A DNA stretch of 35,069 nt from Macrostomum lignano (taxonomy: Eukaryota): the NCBI GenBank assembly GCA_002269645.1, contig NIVC01004784.1:1-35069 (forward strand), read 5' to 3'. Shown here in pieces: positions 14,117 through 35,067 of this stretch; the stretch's first letter is position 1; every line of letters starts with the position of its first letter. The notes below the pieces were generated by a model. It was not told where the DNA came from, did no database searches, and worked only from the letters and a program-made list of their open reading frames with translations. Made by a program: the position numbers and the translations under genes.

Positions 14117-14744
14117 CTCTGCCGGCCCAGCAGCCGATGATCTCATTGAAACGAGCCATAGCGCTTTGACATTTCAGCTTGTAATTTCAACTATCTGCAG
14201 CCTATTAATGCTGTTGCGTATTATTTCTGGAAATTTGAATGCTAAAACTTGGGATTGAGCAAAAAATAGCCTGCTCAGACCGAGCTTGCAGCCCAAGCTT
14301 TAAATGCTACAGCCCTCAGACCGTCATGGATATTCACGTGATATGCAATGGAATTATTATAATTGAGGCCAATTAATTAATCGCAATTAATCGATTAATG
14401 CTGTTCAAATAAAAGCATTCCTAACTAAACTACCTGTCACTTTTTCAATATTGTCCCTTCTCGATCCCCTTGAGACGTTTGGCAATTCTTGTTTTCTTAT
14501 CTTATACAACAACGCTCGTAACATGCATGTCGATGCACCACTCAACGATGTCCTTAAATGACAGAATATAAACTTAATAAAACGGCATAGTTTTCCTTTA
14601 GCTCGTAAACCCATTATTTTGATGTCAATGAGCATGAAATATATTACATTAAAAACTATTAGCAAGTGCTCTGGTGCAACACCGAGTGGCAATTGTTGAC
14701 TTTTGTCGTGCAGTCAATCGGTCGATTTATCAAATAGGAGTCTT

Positions 14745-16322
14745 GCCTGTCTGTCTCCACTTCGGTGTGTCTCAGTGCCTGTCTGCCTCCACTTCGGTGT
14801 GTCTCGGTGCCTGTCTGCCTCCACTTCGGTGTGTCTCAGTGCCTGTCTGCCTCCACTTCGGTGTGTCTCGGTGCCTGTCTGCCTCCATTTCGGTGTGTCT
14901 CGGTGCCTGTCTGCCTCCACTTCGGTGTGTCTCAGTGCGTGTCTGCCTCCGCTTCGGTGTGTCTCAGTGCCTGTCTGCCTGCACTTCGGTGTGTCTCGGT
15001 GCCTGTCTGCCTCCACTTCGGTGTCTCGGTGCCTGTCTGTCTCCACTTCGGTGTCTCGGTGCCTGTCTGCCTCCACTTCGGTGTCTCGGTGCCTGTCTGC
15101 CTCCACTTCGGTGTCTCGGTGCCTGTCTGCCTCCACTTCGGTGTCTCGGTGCCTGTCTGCCTCCACTTCGGTGTGTCTCAGTGCCTGTCTGCCTCCATTT
15201 CGGTGTGTCTCGGTGCCTGTCTGCCTCCATTTCGGTGTGTCTCGGTGCCTGTCTGCCTCCACTTCGGTGTGTCTCAGTGCGTGTCTGCCTCCGCTTCGGT
15301 GTGTCTCAGTGCCTGTCTGCCTGCACTTCGGTGTGTCTCGGTGCCTGTCTGCCTCCACTTCGGTGTCTCGGTGCCTGTCTGTCTCCACTTCGGTGTCTCG
15401 GTGCCTGTCTGCCTCCACTTCGGTGTCTCGGTGCCTGTCTGCCTCCACTTCGGTGTCTCGGTGCCTGTCTGCCTCCACTTCGGTGTCTCGGTGCCTGTCT
15501 GCCTCCACTTCGGTGTGTCTCAGTGCCTGTCTGTCTCCACTTCGGTGTGTCTCAGTGCCTGTCTGTCTCCACTTCGGTGTGTCTCAGTGCCTGTCTGTCT
15601 CCACTTCGGTGTGTCTCAGTGCGTCTGTCTGCATTTCGGTGTGTCTCGGTGCCTGTCTGTCTCCACTTCGGTGTGTCTCAGCGCCTGTCTGTCTCCACTT
15701 CGGTGTTTCTCAGTGCCTGTCTGCCTCCACTTCGGTGTGTCTCAGTGCGTCTGTCTGCATTTCGGTGTGTCTCGGTGCCTGTCTGCCTCCACTTCGGTGT
15801 GTCTCAGTGCCTGTCTGTCTCCACTTCGGTGTGTCTCAGTGCGTCTGTCTGCATTTCGGTGTGTCTCGGTGCCTGTCTGCCTCCACTTCGGTGTGTCTCA
15901 GTGCCTGTCTGTCTCCACTTCGGTGTGTCTCGGTGCCTGTCTGCCTCCACTTCGGTGTGTCTCGGTGCCTGTCCGCCTCCACTTCGGTGTGTCTCGTTGC
16001 CTGTCTGTCTCCACTTCGGTGTGTCTCAGTGCCTGTCTGCCTCCATTTCGGTGTGTCTCGGTGCCTGTCCGCCTCCACTTCGGTGTGTCTCGTTGCCTGT
16101 CCGCCTCCACTTCGGTGTGTCTCAGTGCCTGTCTGTCTCCACTTCGGTGTGTCTCGGTGCCTGTCTGCCTCCACTTCGGTGTGTCTCGGTGCCTGTCCGC
16201 CTCCACTTCGGTGTGTCTCGTTGCCTGTCTGTCTCCACTTCGGTGTGTCTCAGTGCCTGTCTGCCTCCATTTCGGTGTGTCTCGGTGCCTGTCTGCCTCC
16301 ATTTCGGTGTGTCTCAGTGCCA
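14745..16322. repeat. 32/30-bp minisatellite, about 50 copies, intergenic
   Basis: Unit ccacttcggtgtgtctcagtgcctgtctgcct; the 30-bp variant lacks one GT. Confidence 0.97.
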
Positions 16323-16722
16323 GTCTTATCTGTGATCCCGCTGCTGTCTGTCGAGCAAGTGCTGGTTGACCACCTATATAGATAAAATTTATCAAAACTT
16401 CAAGACGCGAAGGAGCAGATTTAAAACTCGCTAATCACACATTCGTACGAGCTATTAGCATCTATAACCGAATTCTGTTTACTTAAAGTAGCAATAGTGA
16501 CAAATTTGAAGCAATACGAGCTAATCCGCATGCATGGCAGTACAACTATGAATCAGATAATAGCATGTAAAATGCAATAATAAGACAAATCTGCAATATG
16601 GAGCGTATTGGCTGCACACCATGAATTCAGCAGTTAGGCACTGCGCATGCTTCACGGTTTTAAAATTGTAACTCTATCCAAATGTTCTTTGGTGATGCTG
16701 AAGAGCATCAAACTCGCATCCT

Positions 16723-16870
16723 CACATCCGGATTCACACCCTCACATCCGGATTCACACCCTCAGGCATCCGGATTCACACCCTTACGCATCCGGATTCA
16801 CACCCTCAGGCATCCGGATTCACAACCTTACATCCGGATTCACACCCTCACGCATCCGGATTCACACCCG
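16723..16870. repeat. 20-23-bp repeat, 7 copies, overlapping the EIF1AD stop codon
   Basis: Core catccggattcacacc; the first copy on minus encodes GVNPDA*. Confidence 0.9.
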
Positions 16871-17344
16871 CGTCCAAGTCGTCCTCGCTCTCTGTATCGC
16901 TGGTCGGCGGCAGCATGTCGGCCGGCACGCCGCCGCAGGATTCAGCGCTGGCGGCGTCGTCCGAAGCAGCTGCCGCCGCCAGCCTGGCGAGGCCTTGACG
17001 GCCAGCCAAGTCAGGCAGGAAGGCCTCCGGCCAGGCGCCATTGCGAACCAGATAGTCGATCTGATCGTTGAGCAACACGGCGGCGATCTCCGCGCGAACC
17101 CGGACGCCTTCGGCGATCGGCTCCGTGAGCACGAAGTCGCCGCGTTTGATCCACACGTGGCGCCGGAACTTAGTCGGCATGGAGGCCAGGAAGGTCTCCC
17201 CTCGGCTGTTTGAACCTCGTGCAGATTGTTGCCGCGAGAGGCCAACACGCGGACAACCTGCTGGCCCTTGGCCGGGTCCGGCAGACTGAAATTGTTCAGC
17301 ACCTCGCGTTCCACGTGCTTCCGTTTGGTTGCTAGGGAAGTCAT
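16848..17344 (-). CDS. EIF1AD: EIF1AD, eIF1A-domain (S1-like OB fold) RNA-binding protein; single exon, one apparent 1-nt frameshift
   Basis: [16 protein letters not shown]...[20 protein letters not shown] plus [28 protein letters not shown]...WPEAF match recalled EIF1AD motifs ([26 protein letters not shown]). The two frames join if the C4 run at 17198-17201 is C5. Acidic tail present. Confidence 0.9.
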
Positions 17345-18786
17345 CGCGCATGAGTCATGGTCGGGGAGGTTTGCACTGGGTGGGCAGAAAACGGTTTAGT
17401 GAGCCTAGCTGACCAGCCTAGGGAGATCAAAGCTTTATTGCAAATTTGATACTCAATTAGCAGATTTGGGCATTGAATAGGCTAGGAAAAGTCTGGACAA
17501 GTCCCCAAATTATTGTAACAAGATTGAGATCTAATATAGAAATGGCGTGCATAAAACAAATAATAAATCATTAATGCCACATACAGATAGTATTAGTAGA
17601 CATCCTAGTGCAACACCTTTACTCTATATATGGGACATGGGGGCTTTATTGAAGTCCCTAGGCTTAACTAAAGAATTATATAAATTTTGATATTTTGTAT
17701 GCAAGTGTGGTAGTGGGACCAAGCAAGAAGCCATCAGCCTGCAGAAGAGGAAGCAACCAAAGAAAAAGAGTCCAATGAAGAGGCGACGCTGCAAGCAACT
17801 CTAACAGCCGACAGCAAGCTAACAGAGCTGCACAAACCAGCCCACCATTCTCATTACTTGCAAGTGTTGCCCTACATATTGCACATAGAGCCACCACGTA
17901 CTAACTGAAGAAGACAAGGACAGAGACAGCATAAATGGTGTAAAGAAATTCAACAATCTTTGGGCGCATCAGCACCATGGCAACCAGCTGAAGTAGCACT
18001 ATGAGGATGCTATGAGCTCCAGACCCCAAGACAAGTTGCAAGCCAACAGCAAATCTATTACCAAATATTATCAAATCTATGCATTCTATGACCCACCTGA
18101 AATCGAATATGATGTCTATTAATAATGGATCTGGATGACACCAGCAACAAAGTCATTGCTCTCTTGCCAAAGAGTCTTGATTCCACAGTGTTCGCCAACC
18201 TTCCATGGATTGCTATACTGTGGACACATGAGACAAGATCTTATGACAGCTAAAGTGTACAAGAGATTCTGACAACCTGCAGTAGTATGGCAGTACTATT
18301 AAAATGCTACTATTTAAACACTACTATTAAAATGACAATAGTATTAAAATGTGACTATTAAAACTAATACCTACTATTTAAATGATAGCATTATTTAAAG
18401 ACTAGTAAAATGATATGATTCATTTTCTCCAAGCTGATTTTTCTGGCTGATTTCTCTAAGCATTTACTCTGGGCATTTACTCTGAGTATTTACTCTAGGC
18501 ATTTACTTTGGCATTTACTCTGAGAATTTACTTTCGGCATTTTACTCTAAGTATTCCTTCCAAGCATTTACTCTAAGCATTTACTAAAGGCATTTAATCT
18601 AGGCTAGGCCTTTCATTGGTTTAAATGTGTACATATGGGGATGGGGAATCTGTCACAACTTGCATGCATGATTGAAGTTCATATATTCTACAGTCTATAA
18701 GGATAGGGCCATAGCTGCACTCAAGGCCAGTCAGAGTAAATACTGTTGTTGTATAACAAATTTGCTAAAAATACACTGTTAAATTT

Positions 18787-19556
18787 GGTACCAACTAAAC
18801 TATGGAAATGGATTACTATTTTGCGGAATCAATGTGGATATAAATAGCAAATGTAGAAAATCTCCAGATTTAGTTCTGTCAAAACATTAATTTATATTCT
18901 GCTTTATATATAGTTCTATTTAATTTTTAGATAAATTAAATAAATAAATTTTTCTTATTCAAATTTATTGTGAATAATGATGGAAAATTGTTGTCTCCAT
19001 TTTCAAAAAAACAAATCACGAGCAAATCATCAAGAGATTTACATGTACTCTACGGAATTGGCACAGGTACATAAAAAACAAGAAACTAGTCAATCTAGAC
19101 TTGAACTATCTAGTTGAACTATTTAGAATCCAAACTTAAACTTTATATACTTGGGGTCTCTGGAAATACACTATGTATGTACATTGTACATACATTTTTC
19201 TATTAGGCCTATATCTAGTAACAAAATTAACTTCAAACCTAATCAAATTTCTTTTTTTTATTATCAGTAGCATATCTCGGAGCAGCTTTACTTTTGAAAA
19301 CAGAGAAAATGATTTTCTATCATTATTTCATAATAAATTTAAATGAGAACAATTTATCTAAAAATAGGGCCTAAATAGAAATAGAAATAAAGCAGATTAT
19401 AAATCTATGTTATAACAGAACTAAATCTGGAGATTTTTTGCATCTACTATTTATATCCATATTGATTCTGCAAAATAGTAATCTGCATTTGTATCCATAT
19501 TTTAGTATATAAATCCGTTCTATATCTGCATCCATTTCCGCAATTTAGTTTCTACC
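18787..19556. mobile_element. Degenerate foldback/MITE-like element
   Basis: Arms ~18787-19010 and ~19290-19556 are imperfect reverse complements (e.g. aaatctccagatttagttctgt vs acagaactaaatctggagattt), with a spacer of about 280 bp. Confidence 0.6.
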
Positions 19557-20745
19557 ATTAAATTTTATTACCAAGAAAGCAAAAAACCAAAAATTTCTTA
19601 TATTACTAGGCAGATATTCAGTTGTTAAATTGCATTGACTAGTTTAACTTCTAAATTATATTTGGTCTAAGATGCCTAAGAGTAAGACTTATAGCTTTTA
19701 TGTCTAAGTAGCAAAAAAGACACTAAATCCTGATATCGGTGTAGGACCAAGACTGCCACACACCAAGACCACACTTGGGGAGCTAAGGGAGAAATTTGAA
19801 TTTATGTATTATTAGATGGTGCTAGAGAGATGAGTAGGTAGGAGAGCCAGCAGCAAGAAAAGAACCTATGAGAGGAATAGCAATGCTAGAAGATTGGTAG
19901 CTCCCCCTCAATACCAGTAGCCAGTAATAGCTATGGTGGTCTTGGTATGTGGCGGTCTTAGTCATGCACCCTGATATCTAGTCTTTTAAAAGACACTTTC
20001 AATATATTGAGATTGTCTAGAATAGACAACCTTTTTTCTTTCTCTAAATTATTTAATTTTAATTTTGACTTTTCAGGGAGTATTATCTCCTTTTTAAGAT
20101 ATGTATAACTTCTTTAAAAAATATTCTAGGCTATTAAATAAAAATTAACAATAAGTAGGGGGCCTAGGCCTATTGTATCAATGCGAATGAGTTTTTATTG
20201 CCTACAAGGTACTTTTTGACTCATTTTAGCACATTTATCAAAAGCAAAATGAATACATTCCAAATCTGAAAAAGTAAAAAATAGAATGTTTGCATGACAT
20301 ATCATCCTGGACTGCCAATGTGCCAATGAATAGAACTAACTGGAACAAGAGAGATTGGAGGAGACTACTACTAATGTTCTAACTAGATTAGCATTGGAGT
20401 TGTGATCTATGTAGCAGAACATGGTTACTTATAAAATTCAATAAATATTATTTAAAGATAAGCTAGACCTAAAGCTAGAAGGAATTTCATTACCTGACAG
20501 GTGAATAACTAGGTCCACCACCACCAAAAGCGTCGCGCTTTCTTGTAATAGCTAGTTGCAATATACTGTGCAACACTTCACTTTGTGCAGTAAGAGTTTT
20601 TATTAGCTTTTAATTCTCTTTGAAATCTTTTTTTAAAACAACTATTTTTTCCGTCAGTGCTTTTCTTTAGGAAGTTTTGTTATAGCATTTAGCTTGGTTT
20701 ATATTATAAATTTATTTACGCGCCCGAAAAGTTGCGTAACTGGTA

Positions 20746-22321
20746 CACCATTTTACCCTCGATTTTGAACAAGGAGAACTTCGAAACTGACAAACTCCTC
20801 TTCAATATTGACACTCTATGGTCGGGCACTCAAAATCTACAATCAATATTGACAGATCAAGCTTCAATTTTGACAAACTCTGGTTCAATTTTGACAATAC
20901 ACGTTTAGTCAACTTCTCCTGGGAGAATTCGGTAACAAAGTAATCAAATGAAAGCCTGAACGGGGCGAAAGTTATCTGTGCAAAATCAGCTGATTCTGAC
21001 TTTTGGGATCTACAAGTTTTGATAAAAAAATTTTCTCCATCCTTTTACACACAGAGACTAAAATAGCCTGACTGGTTGGGCCGCAAAGTCCGATTCTATT
21101 TTGACAGAGTTGCTTCAAAACTGACACTCTATGGTTTGTGTACCCCAAAACTCCGCTTCATTTTTGACAACTCCTAATCAATATTGAACAGTTTACAATC
21201 AGTTTTGACTGCTACCTTATTACTTCTGTTCTTGGTTGTGTATGTTTCAGAAAAAAGCCGTAAACACGTAGCATTGTTAAAGATTCAAAAGAAGTATTGT
21301 ACTTGTATTTTTAATAACACGCATTTGTTAGATTTCTAGGTTAGGTTAAGTATCTGGACATGGGCGGCGGGAGCTTGCGGCACCCCCTGCACGATTTCAT
21401 GTGCCATGGTCCTCCTCCTCTTTATCCCCAACTGATTCACCAGGTGCACAAAGTCGTCTCGGTTCTCATAAGCAGAAATCAGGCGCTGTCGGTCCTGGAA
21501 GGACACAGACCGATTTTCGTGGCGGCCATGCTGTTTCTGCTCCTCTTCAAAAAACCTTAAGTGGCGTCGCTATCAATCCTCCCGACTAAATTGGTGCTTC
21601 AGATTAGCGATGAAAAGTGACAAACACGAGCAGAGCGAGAACTGCTTTCCTGCTCTTTTGAATTCCTCCGTGACAAGATGTGCATTCGTTGGTCTGACCA
21701 ACCATCTATGATAAAAACTGAAACGTAGCCAATTAGATTCGAGGTACAGGCTGCCTCAAGACATGGACAAAAAACAAACTGCCATAGACAAAAGACTGCC
21801 TCGAAATTTCCAAGCTTAAGGGTTCTTAGTTAGAATTGTCAAAATCTTAAGCAAAAAGTCAAAACTGATTGTAAACTGTTCAATATTGATTAGGAGTTGT
21901 CAAAAATGAAGCGGAGTTTTGGGGTACACAAACCATAGAGTGTCAGTTTTGAAGCAACTCTGTCAAAATAGAATCGGACTTTGCGGCCCAACCAGTCAGG
22001 CTATTTTAGTCTCTGTGTGTAAAAGGATGGAGAAAATTTTTTTATCAAAACTTGTAGATCCCAAAAGTCAGAATCAGCTGATTTTGCACAGATAACTTTC
22101 GCCCCGTTCAGGCTTTCATTTGATTACTTTGTTACCGAATTCTCCCAGGAGAAGTTGACTAAACGTGTATTGTCAAAATTGAACCAGAGTTTGTCAAAAT
22201 TGAAGCTTGATCTGTCAATATTGATTGTAGATTTTGAGTGCCCGACCATAGAGTGTCAATATTGAAGAGGAGTTTGTCAGTTTCGAAGTTCTCCTTGTTC
22301 AAAATTGAGGGTAAAATGGTG
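20746..22321. mobile_element. Young non-autonomous DNA transposon with 465-bp TIRs and TA target duplication, Tc1/mariner-like
   Basis: Left arm 20746-21210 and right arm 21857-22321 are reverse complements with one mismatch seen by eye (20761). Flanks read TA|CACCATTTTACCC...GGGTAAAATGGTG|TA. The internal region is 646 bp. Confidence 0.88.
21336..21569 (-). pseudogene. Transposase N-terminal helix-turn-helix-like fragment inside the TIR element
   Basis: ATG-less open frame, missed by the ORF track: ...NRSVSFQDRQRLISAYENRDDFVHLVNQLGIKRRRTMAHEIVQG..., with the S-x2-DR-x-R-I/L...LGI-x-R-x-T pattern typical of IS630/Tc1/mariner DNA-binding HTHs. No DDE domain present. Confidence 0.55.
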
Positions 22322-23952
22322 TAGCTTTGAGGCTCTTCATATTGCTTGTTCTGGTTCTAGAACCAGAACCAATTTGTAAAGTATAACTTTTTGTCTCCTA
22401 TACTAGAGGGATATTAGTGCTTTAAAATTGTGATTATTGGATGGCAATAGCCAAGAAGAAAGTGAAAAATTGTGCAAAGTGAGGCTGTTAAGGCGGTCAA
22501 ACATTCAACAAAGTTAAAAAGTTATACTGCTTTTTTTCTTGGAAATCCGAACCGATTCTGGTTCTGGAATCGATTGCCGTGAAAAGCCTCTTTCACAAAC
22601 TTGTAACATCACATAGTATAAAGCTAAAATTGTTGGTCAATTTGAATTTGCTCGAAACTTCATATCGTCGAAAAGGCATCCATAGAACTCTTTTAGTTAA
22701 GTCGTAAGCCAGTGGAAGTGCCCAACAAGACTCTGACAATGTGAAGTTCTTGTAAAATTGTCTTACGACCATTAGTAGTTTTGACCTTACGAAGCCCCCA
22801 CGTATCCATGGGATAAGGATACACCTCTTGAATTTCAAAGGAGTTATCAAATTTGGCATTGATTTTTAATAAATCCAAGTTTTTTATTTCAAAAACTTAT
22901 CACAGATACATGTAGGTAACTCGCAAATGAATGCAACGGAAACTGAGAATCTCCTTGACCGTTTGACTCTAAATGTAGTTCTGAAATAAAAATTATAGTA
23001 ATTAAAAACAATTTTATACGAAGTCACTTTCGACAGCACTTTTTATGGGCGATACACTTTACTGCTTTGAAATAAAATTATAGCGCACAGGTTCAAGAAT
23101 CTAAATGTTTGTATGGATTTTATTTAGAGGCAAAAAAGCGCGACAACAGGCGACACGGTACAACAAGTGACAAATAATGAGAATGCGCTGTGCAAGCAAA
23201 CGGAGTCGCGGAGAAATAAAATCATATCAGTATTGTTTGTTTTGTATCTAACGCAAAAACATGTCCAATATTGAAAGCCCGATGGTTAAGACGCTATGAG
23301 AGAGTAGAGCAATGCGCAGTCTATTAATGCAAGACAGATGACCATCTAGTGCGGCTCATTCAAAATGTGCTTTGAAAAGCAGGAGTGTGCAGTGCAGCCA
23401 ATCCAAATATAGCGTTAAAAAAGCAAATCAATAAACGGGTGAACAGCATCTGAGCGCCACACCAATCTACATGTAGGCCACGCTCCGATGCCGTTGACAG
23501 CCGGAACGCATCAACCGAAAACGTACTGAATGGTATTAAACGACAATAAACAAAACGGAATAGTCAAGAGCTGCATGCAAATCAGTACTAAACATGGTGC
23601 CATCAATAATGGTCAGGAATAAAATCCAAAAGTGCATGCCTCTGTGTAAAATTAATCAAACTATATGTCACCAATAACAGCCGCGATTGGTAGTCCTTGA
23701 TATAAGCGCAGATGTTTAATAGGAATTTAGGCGGTGAAAACAAAATGAAACCGAAAAATGCTGCGTTCCTACTTTCTAATAGTAGTAGTAGTATGTATGT
23801 ATGTAGTAGCAGTATATAAAAATAGCAGAGGACAGAAGAAATGACAATTAACGATAATTAGACATACAGAGAAACTAGAATTGAAGTTGCAGAAAAGAAA
23901 ATAATGCTAGGAATAAAGTTAATAATTCAAGTATGGCAAAGTTATTTAAACG

Positions 23953-31355
<7,403 letters not shown>

Positions 31356-31609
31356 TTCTTAATGTCCTTTTTTTGAATTGGAATTGTTATTAAAACAATT
31401 TATTTAACTGGCAGCCCAACAATGGGCATGCGAGGCCTCTATTTAGTTGTCACGGACAGGCTGCGACTGGTCTCCCGCAGGTTGGGCCGGGCGATCTGCT
31501 TTGCCGATGATGGCAGGCATGAAAAAATCAAATTGGCGCGTTGGTGGCATCCCCTGCTGACACTGACTACTGACACACTATCGAAAGGTAATTGGCAATA
31601 AGCTCTGGA

Positions 31610-33530
31610 CAATACTGACACATTATGGACATCTCACTACTGACACATTTTATACATCTCACTACTGACACATTTTATACATGTCACTACTGACACATTT
31701 TATACATGTCACTACTGACACATTTTATACATCTCACTACTGACACATTTTATACATGTCACTACTGACACATTTTATACATGTCACTACTGACACATTT
31801 TATACATGTCACTACTGACACATTTTATACATCTCACTACTGACACATTTTATACATGTCACTACTGACACATTTTATACATCTCACTACTGACACATTT
31901 TATACATCTCACTACTGACACATTTTATACATCTCACTACTGACACATTTTATACATGTCACTACTGACACATTTTATACATGTCACTACTGACACATTT
32001 TATACATGTCACTACTGACACATTTTATACATCTCACTACTGACACATTTTATACATCTCACTACTGACACATTTTATACATCTCACTACTGACACATTT
32101 TATACATCTCACTACTGACACATTTTATACATGTCACTACTGACACATTTTATACATCTCACTACTGACACATTTTATACATGTCACTACTGACACATTT
32201 TATACATCTCACTACTGACACATTTTATACATCTCACTACTGACACATTTTATACATCTCACTACGGACACATTTTATACATCTCACTACTGACACATTT
32301 TATACATCTCACTACGGACACATTTTATACATCTCACTACTGACACATTTTATACATCTCACTACGGACACATTTTATACATGTCACTACTGACACATTT
32401 TACATCTAGCCGCTGACCCATTTTAAACATTTAACAACTGACACATTTTACACATCTTACTACTGACACATTTGACACACCCAACTACTGAAGTTGCACT
32501 TTTATACATCTGACTGCTGACAAATTATAAACATCCAAATGCTGACACATTTTAAGCATCCAGCTGCTGACAAATTTTATACATCCAAATGCTGACACAT
32601 TTTAAGCATCCAGCTGCTGACACATTTTATACATCCAAATGCTGACACATTTTAAGCATCCAACTGCTGACACATTTTATACATCCAAATGCTGACACAT
32701 TTTATACATCCAACTGCTGACACATTTTATACATCCAACTGCTGACACATTTTATACATCCAACTGCTGACACATTTTATACATCCAACTGCTGACACAT
32801 TTTATACATCCAAATGCTGACACATTTGAAGCATCCAACTGCTGACACATTTTATACATCCAACTGCTGACACATTTGAAGCATCCAACTGCTGACACAT
32901 TTTAAGCATCCAACTGCTGACACATTTTAAGCATCCAAATGCTGACACATTTGAAGCATCCAACTGCTGACACATTTTATACATCCAAATGCTGACACAT
33001 TTGAAGCATCCAACTGCTGACACATTTTATACATCCAAATGCTGACACATTTGAAGCATCCAACTGCTGACACATTTTATACATCCAACTGCTGACACAT
33101 TTGAAGCATCCAACTGCTGACACATTTTAAGCATCCAACTGCTGACACATTTTAAGCATCCAACTGCTGACACATTTTAAGCATCCAACTGCTGACACAT
33201 TTTAAGCATCCAACTGCTCACACATTTTAAGCATCCAACTGCTGACACATTTTATACATCTCACTACTGACACACTTTAGACATCTCACTACTGACACAT
33301 TTTAGATATCTCACTACTCACTACTGACACACTTTATACATCTCACTACTGACACATTTCAGACATCTCACTACTGACACATTTAACATCTAGCCGCTGA
33401 CCCATTTTAAACAGTCAACTACTGCCACATTTTAAACATTTACCAGCTGACACATTTTACACATCTTACTGCTGACACATTTTATGCATCCAACTGCTGA
33501 CACATTTTATACATCTTATTACTGACATAT
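31610..33530. repeat. 25-bp satellite with two subfamilies, intergenic
   Basis: A unit tcactactgacacattttatacatc (31610-32400); B unit atccaactgctgacacattttatac (32520-33240); shared core CTGACACATTTTA. Confidence 0.95.
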
Positions 33531-34506
33531 TGAATAAAATATATCTTGTAAATAAAGGTTTCGGTTGCACTTTAACAAATTTCCGACACACACCAACGCA
33601 TAATCCTTTTAAGGAGAATACTGTATAATGAAGTTATACAGATATAACAAACACAGGTTGGAACAGGCCGATCAGAATCAAAGCTGTTCAATTGGCTGTG
33701 AGAACTGTGTAATTTGAAAATTCAAATCTCCAATAAAAATACTCAAAGCAGCTGTCTGCAATTAATTTCACGGAAAAAATGATTTCATTCGAAAACTGAC
33801 TCGGTTTAAACAAAAACAAAACGGCATTAAGAAAACAACAATGATTTGTTTTTCTGCTTGTGTGGAAGCATTTTTGTGAGCTGAAAATAAGAGGCAGTTA
33901 AATATAAAAGAACAATGACAAACAACCGCATGAGTTCGTATGACAGAGATTTATAAATAATAGGCTGATGGCACCAGGCAGGTATTCTTTCTGACTAGGC
34001 ACTTCACCAACTTTCTTTTAAAGAAAATTTACATCGAATTTAAAATTCGATCTTTCCCGTTGCTGCTTATTGATTTTAAAATAAAAATAAAAAGCATGCG
34101 CTAAGCTTAATACTTGCGAGTAGAGCGGTGCGAAAGTCAACAAGCGAACATGACAGCATATCCAGTGATCATAGATCCGAATAGCGGCAAGTTAAAGTAA
34201 TGGATTAAGCACAGTTTCATTAAGAATAAACGAGCACACAGAAAGCGTACACACGAATTGCACCGAGTATTACATAAATAGCTGTTACTGAATACAGTAA
34301 CCAACATTGATAAAGAAATTCCCAAAGACCGAGGACAAATTAATAAAAACAATCGTTTTCCAAAAGCGAATTCCGTCTATGCAACGAATGGTTTGCGCTT
34401 CGATAGCCCCGCTCTGCTACTATAGTTAGTAGTAGCTTCTAGTGGGCCTTTATCTGGCAATGCTAGGCTTCCAATCCAAAGGCCTGTCACTGCAGTAGTC
34501 CACGGT

Positions 34507-35067
<561 letters not shown>

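Noticed and set aside
14368-14400. aattaatcgcaattaatcgattaat, reminiscent of hAT-type subterminal sequence
   Set aside because: Too short, and no partner end or TSD was found.
14674-16395. ORFs of 500+ aa on both strands
   Set aside because: They are open only because the 32/30-bp unit lacks stops. The unit is not a multiple of 3 and cycles through frames, with no splice or codon support.
17198-17201. Programmed frameshifting or pseudogenisation of EIF1AD and LRRC74 (also 387-388, 3543-3544)
   Set aside because: All are single-base losses in G/C homopolymers in otherwise well-conserved CDSs with no slippery heptamer, the typical long-read consensus error. A short-read pileup would settle it.
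22593-22878. Two overlapping short minus-strand ORFs
   Set aside because: No recognisable motif or splice support, and AT-rich context; a blastx would be needed.
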